Under the pieces are notes generated by a model. That model was not told where the DNA came from. It made no database searches and saw only the letters and a program-made list of their open reading frames with translations. Of a DNA stretch of 32,000 nucleotides, positions 24,370 to 32,000 are shown in pieces. Position 1 is the stretch's first letter. The number at the start of each line of letters is the position of its first letter. Location of the stretch: positions 284,189 to 316,188 of the forward strand of contig CAZXEQ010000003.1 of assembly GCA_964640155.1 (NCBI GenBank), given 5' to 3'. This DNA comes from an uncultured bacterium. Its GTDB lineage: Bacteria > Auribacterota > JACPWU01. Made by a program: the position numbers and the translations under genes.

Positions 24370-24437
24370 GTAATAAGTTTTAAGTTATAAGTTTATAAAG
24401 TTTTGTTTTTTACTTACGACTTAGCACTTATGACTTG
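24367..24437. repeat. Heptad-phased inverted repeat array A: 4 x TAAGTnn, 15-nt spacer, 4 x nnACTTr
   Basis: Left arm: taagtaa|taagttt|taagtta|taagttt (24367-24394). Right arm: ttactta|cgactta|gcactta|tgacttg (24410-24437). The left arm begins at the stop codon of the Zn-ribbon gene. Confidence 0.8.
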
Positions 24438-24463
24438 GAACTGTTAATTGTAAGGAGAAAGAT

Positions 24464-25624
24464 ATGGGAGAGTGGATTGGTATTGGTAAGAAAGCTAGAC
24501 GTTGTTATGGTTTTGATGAAATTGCACTTGTGCCGGGAGAGATTACTCTTAATCCAAATGAAGTTGATTTATCATGGAGCGTTGCGGGCAGGCGATATGA
24601 AGTTCCAATTATTGCAGCTGCCATGGATGGTGTTGTCGATTGCAAATTTGCAATCGAGATGGGACGCTTGGGAGGCATTGCAGTTCTTAATTTAGAAGGC
24701 GTTCAAACACGTTATGAAAATCCATCTGATGTATTGGATGAAATTTCAAAGTCGACTCCAGAAAAAGCAACACAGCTTGTTCAAGGTTTATATTTAGAAT
24801 CTATTAAAGAAGAGCTTGTTGCAAAACGGATTAAGGAAATTAAATCTGCAGGAGTTCCTGCGGTTGTTTCGTCTATTCCTCAAAGGGCTGAAAGATTTTG
24901 CCAGATTGCTCAAGATGCAGGTGCTGATATTTTTGTGGTTCAATCTACAGTTACAACTGTAAAACATATTTCAAAAGAATATAAGACACTTGATTTCGAA
25001 AAATTTTGCAAACAAGCAAAAATCCCTGTTATTGTGGGAAATACAGTTTCATATAAAACAGCTGTGAGCTTGATGGAAACAGGTATTTCAGGCTTATTCG
25101 TTGGAATTGGACCTGGCGCGGCTTGTACTACGCGAGGTGTTTTAGGAATTGGAGTTCCTCAAGTAACAGCGATTGTTGATTGTGCTGCAGCTAGAGATTT
25201 TTATTTTAAACAAACAGCTCGTTATGTTCCCATCATTGCAGATGGAGGCATGAGTGTGGGTGGGGATATTTGTAAGGCGATTGCATGTGGTGCAGATGCA
25301 GTAATGGTCGGAAGTGCTTTTGCAAAAGCCAAAGAAGCTCCAGGTCGTGGTTTTCATTGGGGAATGGCAACTCCTCATGCAAATCTTCCTCGAGGTACGC
25401 GCATTCAGGTTGGGACAACAGGAAGTTTAGAGCAAATTCTTTATGGGCCTGCTCAGTTTGATGATGGATCTCAAAACTTAGTGGGTGCTTTACGAACAGC
25501 TATGGGAAATCTTGGTGCAAAAAATATTCGTGAAATGCAATTGACGGAAGTTATTATTGCTCCTGCGATTCAAACAGAAGGAAAGATTTTCCAAAAGGCT
25601 CAAAGAGTTGGAATGGGAAAATAA
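24464..25624 (+). CDS. IMP dehydrogenase-related protein, GuaB3 type (no CBS/Bateman insert)
   Basis: 386 aa. GKKARRCYGFDEIALVPGE resembles the N-terminus of GuaB3-type proteins. Catalytic-loop-like GIGPGAACTTRGVLGIGVPQ and IADGG are present. The CBS pair found in canonical GuaB is absent. RBS TAAGGAG. Confidence 0.8.
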   Translation: MGEWIGIGKKARRCYGFDEIALVPGEITLNPNEVDLSWSVAGRRYEVPIIAAAMDGVVDCKFAIEMGRLGGIAVLNLEGVQTRYENPSDVLDEISKSTPEKATQLVQGLYLESIKEELVAKRIKEIKSAGVPAVVSSIPQRAERFCQIAQDAGADIFVVQSTVTTVKHISKEYKTLDFEKFCKQAKIPVIVGNTVSYKTAVSLMETGISGLFVGIGPGAACTTRGVLGIGVPQVTAIVDCAAARDFYFKQTARYVPIIADGGMSVGGDICKAIACGADAVMVGSAFAKAKEAPGRGFHWGMATPHANLPRGTRIQVGTTGSLEQILYGPAQFDDGSQNLVGALRTAMGNLGAKNIREMQLTEVIIAPAIQTEGKIFQKAQRVGMGK

Positions 25625-25627
25625 ATC

Positions 25628-25758
25628 GGGGATTAGTGGATTGGGGATAGTAATCGGAAGAAATGCTGCTAGTATTTCTAAGTTGTTGATTATATACAAT
25701 CTAAGCTCCTTTTTGTTTTAGTATTTTACTATTCACTATTTACAAACCACTGATCACA
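25628..25758. repeat. Heptad-phased inverted repeat array B (AGT-phased left arm, 5 x nnnnACW right arm)
   Basis: Left arm: ggggattAGTggattggggatAGTaatcgg (25628-25657), with the AGT cores 14 nt apart. Right arm: ttttact|attcact|atttaca|aaccact|gatcaca (25724-25758). The arms can pair (gattagtggattgg vs the reverse complement gatcagtggtttgt...). Confidence 0.65.
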
Positions 25759-25766
25759 GTCTCTAT

Positions 25767-27323
25767 ATGGCACTTAAAAATTTAGAAAAAGAATTTATTG
25801 CTATTTTAGATTATGGCTCGCAATACACTCAATTGATTGCGAGACGAATTCGTGAGAACTCTGTTTTTTCAAAGATTTTCCCATACAACTTTCCTGTGTC
25901 TGAGCTCAAACGACTAAAACCTAAGGGAATTATTTTGTCTGGAGGGCCTTCCAGTGTTTATCAGGATAAAGCTCCAGGTTGTGACGTTGGGATTTTTAAT
26001 CTTGGAATTCCTGTATTAGGCATTTGCTATGGTATGCAGTTGATGGCTCATTCTTTAGGAGGAAAAGTAATCGCGGCTGCCAAAAGAGAGTATGGGAAAG
26101 CCGATCTTTTAATTGATTCTCATGAAACAATTTTTGAAAATGTTCAATCGCCCAGTGTAGTTTGGATGAGTCATGGCGATCAAGTCACTCAAACTTTAAA
26201 TGGGTTTAAAGTTTTAGCCCATACCTCGAATACCTCCATTGCAGCCATGGGGGATGCTCACAAAAAATTATATGGCCTTCAGTTTCATCCTGAAGTTGTG
26301 CACACTCAGCAAGGTCTTGAAATCTTAAAAAATTTTCTTTTTAAGATCTGTGAATGTTCAAAGAAATGGACGATGCAATCTTTTATAAAAAATTCTATCG
26401 ATGATTTAAAAAAACAGATTGGGAATGAGCAGGTTATTTGTGGGTTAAGCGGCGGGGTAGATTCAGGAGTAACAGCTAAATTGATTCATGAAGCAGTTGG
26501 AGATCAGCTTATTTGTGTTTTTGTGAATAATGGGCTTTTAAGACTTGGAGAAGCCGAGAAAGTAATTAGTACTTTTCGCGACCATTTTCGCATTCGACTT
26601 GTATATGCTGATGCTACAAAGAGTTTTCTAGATGCTTTAAAAGAAGTGACAGATCCTGAATTAAAGAGAAAGAAAATAGGGGAAAAGTTTATTCGTGTTT
26701 TTGAAGAGGAAGTTAGAAGGCTTGGAAAAGTTAAATTTCTTGCTCAAGGAACATTATATCCAGATGTAATCGAGAGTGTTTCAGCATTTGGTGGCCCATC
26801 CGCAACGATTAAAACGCATCACAATGTCGGAGGTTTGCCAAAGGATTTATCTTTTGAGTTAGTCGAACCTTTGAGGGATTTGTTCAAAGACGAAGTCAGA
26901 CTTCTGGGAAAAGAGCTTGGCATGAGCGATGAGATTTTAGGTCGTCAACCTTTCCCCGGGCCTGGACTTGCCATACGTATTCTTGGGGAAGTCACAGACG
27001 ACAGGCTTAAAATTTTAAGAGAAGCCGATTTAATTGTCATGGAAGAGATTAAACGAAATAATCTTTATCATAAAATCTGGCAATCTTTTGCTGTTCTTTT
27101 GCCGATTAAAACAGTGGGTGTGATGGGAGATGAACGCACGTACGAGAATGTGATTGCTTTGAGAGCTGTGAACAGTTTAGATGGTATGACAGCAGATTGG
27201 GTTCGACTTCCGTATGATTTATTAGAATGTATTTCAAATCGAATTATCAATGAAGTGAAGGGGGTTAATCGGGTTGTGTATGATATTAGCTCAAAACCTC
27301 CAAGCACCATTGAGTGGGAATAA
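25767..27323 (+). CDS. guaA: GMP synthase (glutamine-hydrolysing)
   Basis: 518 aa. GATase domain (GICYGMQ, HPEV), PP-loop SGGVDS, and C-terminal dimerisation domain ending PPSTIEWE. Confidence 0.95.
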   Translation: MALKNLEKEFIAILDYGSQYTQLIARRIRENSVFSKIFPYNFPVSELKRLKPKGIILSGGPSSVYQDKAPGCDVGIFNLGIPVLGICYGMQLMAHSLGGKVIAAAKREYGKADLLIDSHETIFENVQSPSVVWMSHGDQVTQTLNGFKVLAHTSNTSIAAMGDAHKKLYGLQFHPEVVHTQQGLEILKNFLFKICECSKKWTMQSFIKNSIDDLKKQIGNEQVICGLSGGVDSGVTAKLIHEAVGDQLICVFVNNGLLRLGEAEKVISTFRDHFRIRLVYADATKSFLDALKEVTDPELKRKKIGEKFIRVFEEEVRRLGKVKFLAQGTLYPDVIESVSAFGGPSATIKTHHNVGGLPKDLSFELVEPLRDLFKDEVRLLGKELGMSDEILGRQPFPGPGLAIRILGEVTDDRLKILREADLIVMEEIKRNNLYHKIWQSFAVLLPIKTVGVMGDERTYENVIALRAVNSLDGMTADWVRLPYDLLECISNRIINEVKGVNRVVYDISSKPPSTIEWE

Positions 27324-27333
27324 AAAATAGATA

Positions 27334-27419
27334 TAAGTCATGAGTCGTAAGTAATAAAAAATATATGTATTTCTTGTAAACTTAAGACTTATAACTTATC
27401 TCTTATCTCTTACGACTGT
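27334..27419. repeat. Heptad-phased inverted repeat array C: 3-4 x TrAGTnn, spacer, 6 x nnnCTTA-type
   Basis: Left arm: taagtca|tgagtcg|taagtaa|taaaaaa (27334-27361). Right arm: aaactta|agactta|taactta|tctctta|tctctta|cgactgt (27378-27419). The right arm ends 5 nt before the dnaE ATG. Confidence 0.8.
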
Positions 27420-27424
27420 ATTAT

Positions 27425-30400
27425 ATGAAACCAGAATTTGTCCACTTACATCTTCATTCAGAATATAGCATTTTGGATGGAGCTGCCCGCCACGAAGATT
27501 TAATTAAAAAAGTCAAAGATTTGGGGATGACCGCTGTTGCTCAAACGGATCATGGCAATCTTTTTGGAGCCATTGAGTTTTATGACGCGGCAAAAGAAAT
27601 AGGTGTCAAACCCATCATTGGCTGTGAGACATATATCAGCCCTGGTAGTCGTTTTGAAAAGAAAAGTCATAACATTAAAGAAGCTTCTTATCATCTCATT
27701 CTTTTAGCTAAAGATAAAACGGGTTATGAGAATTTGATGAGACTTTCGAGCATGGCTTATTTAGAAGGTTTTTATTATCGCCCTCGCATCGACAAAGAAA
27801 TTCTCCAAAAGTACTCCAAAGGGTTGATGGGTTTATCGGGCTGCTTAAAAGGGGAAATCAATGATGTTTATTTGAGCGGAAGAGAGGAAGAGGCCGAAAA
27901 AACAATTGGAATTTATCATGAAATTTTTGGAAAAGGTAATTTCTACTTAGAGCTTCAAGATCATGGTATCCCAGATCAAATCAAAGTGAATCGATGGCTT
28001 ATAGAACAGTCAAAGAAACAGAACATTCCTTTGATTGCAACGAATGACTGTCATTATGTACATCAAGAGGATCATGAATCTCATGATATTTTGTTGTGTG
28101 TTCAGACGGGAAATGTTGTATCAGATCAAGATCGGATGCGTTTTTATAATGATCAGTTTTTTATCAAGAGTCCTCAAGAAATGCTCGAACATTTCAAAGA
28201 AGTACCTTCTGCTATAAAGGCAACTGTTGAAGTCGCAGAGAAATGTAATTTGGAACTTAAGTTTAATGAAATGCATTTACCGCAATTCACTCCCCCCGTA
28301 GGTAAAACTCAAAGGGAACTTTTAAGAGAACTATGTGAAGCAGGAGCTCTTGCTCGCTATGGGATAGTTAAACCCGAGATTCGAGATCGATTAGAGTTTG
28401 AACTTAAAACCATCGAAGATATGAATTTTGTGAGTTATTTCTTAATTGTTTGGGATTTTATTCAATTTGCAAAAAAGAATGATATTCCTGTTGGCCCTGG
28501 GCGAGGTTCTGCAGCCGGAAGTTTGGTGGCATATGCCTTAGAGATCACAGAAATGGATCCTTTAGCCTATGGTCTTATCTTCGAGCGCTTTCTTAATCCA
28601 AGTCGAATCACCATGCCAGATATCGATATTGATTTTTGTGATGAGAGAAGAAGCGAAGTTATTGAATATGTGACTAAAAAGTACGGAGCAGATAATGTCG
28701 CTCAGATTATTACTTTTGGTACTTTAGGCGCCAAAGCTGTTATTCGAGATGTAGGGCGTGTGATGGGCCGCCCCTATAACGAAGTAGACCGAATTGCAAA
28801 ACTTGTTCCACTAGGACCAAAAATTACACTTAAAGATGCCCTTGAAACAGATCAAGAATTTCGCAAGCGATATGAAGAGGAAGAAGATGTCAAGACTCTG
28901 ATTGATAAAGCATTTAAACTGGAAGGCATGGTTCGAAATGTTTCTACTCATGCTGCTGGTATTGTTATTTCTGAGCGGCCTCTTTGCGAATTCGTTCCTC
29001 TCTATAAAGCAACAGGGGGTGAAGTCACTACACAGTACCCTATGGAAGCTATTGAAAAAATTGGTCTTTTGAAAATGGACTTCTTAGGCTTGAGAACACT
29101 GAGTGTTATCCATGATTCCATTAAAATTATTGAACGCACAAAAAATAAAGCAATTGATTTGCTAAAAATTCCTTTGGATGATCCAAAAACTTTTGCATTA
29201 CTCAATCGAGGGCAGACCGTAGGTGTATTCCAGCTAGAATCCACAGGTATGCGTGATTTAGCGAAACGAATTCGAATTGATCGCTTTGAAGATTTGATTG
29301 CTCTTGTGGCGCTTTTTAGGCCAGGTCCCATGCATATGGTTGAAGATTTTATTGCACGAAAACATGGGAAAGTGAAAGTTCAATATGATCATCCTTTGCT
29401 TGAAACAATTTTAAATGAAACCTATGGCATTATGCTTTATCAAGAGCAGGTTATGACTGTTGCGAAGGTAATGGCTGGATTTTCTCTAGCCCAAGCAGAT
29501 AACTTACGACGCATTATGGGCAAGAAAATTGCTCATAAAATGGGGGAGCAAAAAAATATTTTTGTGGATGGGAGCTTAAAAAATGGAATATCAAAAGCGA
29601 TTGGTGAAAAAGTTTTTGATTTGATGGCCTATTTTTCAGGATATGGATTTAATAAATCTCACAGTGCAGCATACGCTTTAATTGCTTATCGTACAGCTTA
29701 TTTAAAAGCAAATTTTCCTGTAGAGTATATGGCAGCCCTGCTTTCAACTGAAATGGGGAACACAGACAAATTGGTAAAATATATCAATGAATGTCGTGAT
29801 ATGGGAATTCAAGTACTCCCTCCAGATGTAAATGAAAGTTTTAGAAAATTTACTGTTGTGGAAGGAGCTATACGGTTTGGTTTAGCTGCAGTTAAAAATG
29901 TGGGCGAAAATGTTGTAGAATCTGTTATTGAAGAAAGAAATAAGGAAGGAAGATTTGAATCTTTTTATAGCTTTTTGGAACGCGTAGATCACAAAGTAGC
30001 GAATCGAAAGCTTTTAGAAAGCTTAATTAAATGTGGTGCTTTTGATTCTTTTAAAGTGAAAAGAAGCCAATTAATGGCCGTTTTAGATCAAGCTTTAGAG
30101 TCTTCATCAAGAGTAAAACAAGATCAAATGCGAGGACAAGCCTCCCTTTTTGATGTGTTAGGGACAGAACATGCGAATCAACATCGGAGCATTATTTTAC
30201 CGGACATTGCAGAATGGGATGAAGAAAAAATCCTTTCATTTGAAAAAGAACTTTTGGGTTTTTATGTAACAGGACATCCTTTGAACCGTCATCAAGAAAT
30301 TTTAAAGTTTTATACAGCAGATAGTACAGAAACCCTTTTGGAGCATAAAGATGGAGATGAAGTTGTTTTGGGGGGAGTTTTAGGAAAAGTTCAGATTAAA

Positions 30401-30907
30401 ATGACTAAAAAAGGTGATAAAATGGCCATTCTGACTTTCGAAGACTTAGAAGGTATGGTGGAGGCAGTTATTTACCCTAAGATTTTTGAGAAAATATCTG
30501 GAAAAGTTAAAGAAGATTTTATTTGTTTTCTTGAAGGAAGACTTGAACTCAAAGAAGATATGGCTAAAATTATTGTAAATGATGTCGTTTCTTTGGAAGA
30601 TGCTCCTAAAAAATATTCTAAATCGATTCACATTGATATACCCGAAAAGGCTCAAGCTCAAAAGTTGGATCAGCTTTGTCAGGAGCTTCTTCAAGAGAAA
30701 GGAGAATGTCCCGTTTTCTTGAATTTTTCTTTTCCAGATAGAGGCAAAGTGGTGATGTCAACAGCTCCAAAATTTAAAATACATCCGTCTGCTAAAGTTA
30801 TTCATCGGTTAAAAGAAATTTTTGGAAATGAAGCAGTTGTTTTAAAAAAAGTAGTTATTCAGCATTCAACACCCCCTAAGCGTTGGGGGAACTTTCAGAA
30901 CAATTGA
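27425..30907 (+). CDS. dnaE: DNA polymerase III alpha subunit
   Basis: 1160 aa. N-terminal PHP domain (FVHLHLHSEYSILDGA), Pol III alpha core (MPDIDIDF, FNKSHSAAYA), and a C-terminal OB-fold region. Confidence 0.95.
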   Translation: MKPEFVHLHLHSEYSILDGAARHEDLIKKVKDLGMTAVAQTDHGNLFGAIEFYDAAKEIGVKPIIGCETYISPGSRFEKKSHNIKEASYHLILLAKDKTGYENLMRLSSMAYLEGFYYRPRIDKEILQKYSKGLMGLSGCLKGEINDVYLSGREEEAEKTIGIYHEIFGKGNFYLELQDHGIPDQIKVNRWLIEQSKKQNIPLIATNDCHYVHQEDHESHDILLCVQTGNVVSDQDRMRFYNDQFFIKSPQEMLEHFKEVPSAIKATVEVAEKCNLELKFNEMHLPQFTPPVGKTQRELLRELCEAGALARYGIVKPEIRDRLEFELKTIEDMNFVSYFLIVWDFIQFAKKNDIPVGPGRGSAAGSLVAYALEITEMDPLAYGLIFERFLNPSRITMPDIDIDFCDERRSEVIEYVTKKYGADNVAQIITFGTLGAKAVIRDVGRVMGRPYNEVDRIAKLVPLGPKITLKDALETDQEFRKRYEEEEDVKTLIDKAFKLEGMVRNVSTHAAGIVISERPLCEFVPLYKATGGEVTTQYPMEAIEKIGLLKMDFLGLRTLSVIHDSIKIIERTKNKAIDLLKIPLDDPKTFALLNRGQTVGVFQLESTGMRDLAKRIRIDRFEDLIALVALFRPGPMHMVEDFIARKHGKVKVQYDHPLLETILNETYGIMLYQEQVMTVAKVMAGFSLAQADNLRRIMGKKIAHKMGEQKNIFVDGSLKNGISKAIGEKVFDLMAYFSGYGFNKSHSAAYALIAYRTAYLKANFPVEYMAALLSTEMGNTDKLVKYINECRDMGIQVLPPDVNESFRKFTVVEGAIRFGLAAVKNVGENVVESVIEERNKEGRFESFYSFLERVDHKVANRKLLESLIKCGAFDSFKVKRSQLMAVLDQALESSSRVKQDQMRGQASLFDVLGTEHANQHRSIILPDIAEWDEEKILSFEKELLGFYVTGHPLNRHQEILKFYTADSTETLLEHKDGDEVVLGGVLGKVQIKMTKKGDKMAILTFEDLEGMVEAVIYPKIFEKISGKVKEDFICFLEGRLELKEDMAKIIVNDVVSLEDAPKKYSKSIHIDIPEKAQAQKLDQLCQELLQEKGECPVFLNFSFPDRGKVVMSTAPKFKIHPSAKVIHRLKEIFGNEAVVLKKVVIQHSTPPKRWGNFQNN

Positions 30908-30940
30908 AGTTCCATGGACAACGGGTCTATGGGAGGCTTC

Positions 30941-30970
30941 CTTGCCGCAATACTGGGCAAGATATTATTT
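30941..30970 (+). terminator. Possible weak intrinsic terminator after dnaE
   Basis: cttgcc (30941-46) and ggcaag (30956-61) form a 6-bp stem with a 9-nt loop, followed by atattatttt. The stem is short, so confidence is low. Confidence 0.35.
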
Positions 30971-31001
30971 TGCAGGCGTTAGCGCGCCAATCCCCGAAGA
31001 G

Positions 31002-31028
31002 TAATCCACAGAGTTATTCTGTGGATTA
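31002..31028. promoter_or_regulatory. Perfect 11-bp-arm palindrome / hairpin 33 nt upstream of purB
   Basis: taatccacaga-gttat-tctgtggatta. No U-tract follows (atctcgtagcgg), so it is not a classical terminator. It could be an operator or an RNA element. Confidence 0.4.
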
Positions 31029-31060
31029 TCTCGTAGCGGAACTAAACTTTTAAGGACACT

Positions 31061-32000
31061 ATGATTGAACGATATTCTACATCTGAGATGAAGGCGCATT
31101 GGAGTGAAGAAAAAAAATTAGGCCTCTGGTTAGAAATTGAAGTTTTGGCTGTTGAGGCATTGGTTAAGCTGGGGGAGGTTCCGCAGGCGGATTTTCAAAA
31201 GATTAAAAAAGGCGCACAATTTCAACTTAAGCGTGTTGCGGATATCGAGAAAAGCGTAGACCATGATGTTATTGCTTTCCTTACAAATGTTTCTGAAAAT
31301 ATTGGCCCTTCCGGCCGTTTCATGCATTTTGGAATGACATCATCCGATGTTTTAGATACGTCTCTTGCTGTTTTGATGGGGGGAGCAATCGATATTTTGA
31401 TGGAGGATTTTCTTCAGCTTATTGAAGTGGTGAAAGCCCAAGCGGTAGAGCATAAACATACAGTGATGATTGGGCGGTCTCATGGAGTACATGCAGAGCC
31501 AACAACATTTGGGTTAAAGATGGCGCTTTTTCTTGATGAGCTTTATCGCAATATGGACCGACTTGTGGCTGCAAAAAAAATTATAAGTTATGGGAAAGTT
31601 TCGGGTGCAGTAGGGACTTATGCAAATATTGATCCTCGTGTAGAAGAATATGTCTGTAAAAAATTAAAATTAACTCCAGCACCTGTAAGCAGTCAAATTA
31701 TTCAAAGAGATCGCCATGCTCAGTATATGAATGCTTTAGCTTTGGTTGGATGCTCTCTGGAAAAATTTGCCTTAGAAATACGTAATCTTCAAAGAACGGA
31801 AATTCAGGAAGTGGAAGAGCCTTTTGGTAAAGATCAGAAAGGTTCGTCTGCAATGCCTCATAAGCGTAATCCCATTACTTGTGAGCGGGTGTGTGGTCTT
31901 GCGAGAATTTTGAGAGGCTATGCTTTGGCTACAATGGAGAACGTGGCCTTATGGCATGAAAGAGATATTACACATTCATCAGTTGAACGAGTGGTGATTC
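31061..32000 (+). CDS. purB: Adenylosuccinate lyase, N-terminal ~313 codons; runs off the right edge
   Basis: Open-ended, so absent from the ORF track. Hand translation from ATG 31061 gives MIERYSTSEMKAHWSEEKKLGLWLEIEVLAVEA...HFGMTSSDVLDT...GRSHGVHAEPTTFG...GSSAMPHKRNPITCE (fumarate-lyase signature SSxMPxKxN). RBS TAAGGA. Confidence 0.9.
   Translation, partial: MIERYSTSEMKAHWSEEKKLGLWLEIEVLAVEALVKLGEVPQADFQKIKKGAQFQLKRVADIEKSVDHDVIAFLTNVSENIGPSGRFMHFGMTSSDVLDTSLAVLMGGAIDILMEDFLQLIEVVKAQAVEHKHTVMIGRSHGVHAEPTTFGLKMALFLDELYRNMDRLVAAKKIISYGKVSGAVGTYANIDPRVEEYVCKKLKLTPAPVSSQIIQRDRHAQYMNALALVGCSLEKFALEIRNLQRTEIQEVEEPFGKDQKGSSAMPHKRNPITCERVCGLARILRGYALATMENVALWHERDITHSSVERVVI

Noticed and set aside
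24435-24695. 86-aa + strand ORF overlapping the guaB3-type gene start
   Set aside because: It is an alternative frame of a well-supported gene, begins inside the repeat array, and has no motifs.
6291-25639. Hexamer TAGTGG recurring in + strand intergenic regions (about 6291, 6892, 11446, 25634)
   Set aside because: Four occurrences is more than expected for ~1.5 kb of spacer. But the numbers are small, spacing to downstream genes is inconsistent (30 to 130 nt), and the flanks are not conserved.
30920-30962. Possible ZTP (pfl) riboswitch upstream of purB (gggtctatgggagg ... ccgcaatactgggca)
   Set aside because: There is only a loose resemblance to the conserved GGGUCGUGACUGGCG and CCGCCUGGGCA blocks as I recall them. 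The second block is interrupted. A cmscan would decide.
1-32000. CRISPR arrays, transposases/IS elements, integrases, toxin-antitoxin pairs, reverse transcriptases
   Set aside because: None found. There are no regularly spaced 25-40-nt repeats and no ORFs with transposase, integrase or RT motifs. The only mobile-element trace is the tRNA 3'-end duplication.

Overview
This is a low-GC (mid-30s % by eye) chromosomal segment from a diderm bacterium. The diderm call rests on an ExbB/ExbD/TonB set and an outer-membrane beta-barrel ending in Phe. I cannot assign a lineage from sequence alone. Most of the window is housekeeping. Left to right: a partial SF2 helicase (-), acs, an envelope block (GT-C glycosyltransferase, DUF486/DMT, beta-lactamase-fold serine hydrolase, DedA), and a tRNA cluster (Arg-UCG, Arg-CCG, Arg-UCU, His-GUG). 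Next come a secreted coiled-coil protein, an EIIA(Ntr)-like/PII-like pair, and a minus-strand overlapping operon (GT2, ParB-like, SPL-family radical SAM). Then smc, a short uvrA, a TPR / barrel / exbB / exbD / tonB / Zn-ribbon cluster, a guaB3-type IMPDH relative, guaA, dnaE and partial purB. Four things are not explained by routine annotation. (1) The GT2-ParB-like-SPL radical-SAM operon, a candidate DNA-directed repair or modification module. (2) A ~150-nt GC-rich structured insert bracketed by an 18-nt duplication of the tRNA-Arg(UCU) 3' end. (3) A family of 7-nt-phased inverted repeat arrays (TAAGTnn / nnACTTA) filling all three intergenic spacers around guaB3 and guaA. (4) A UvrA that appears to lack the insertion domain. 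All functional calls come from motif recognition by eye, with no database search, so the novelty claims are hypotheses.
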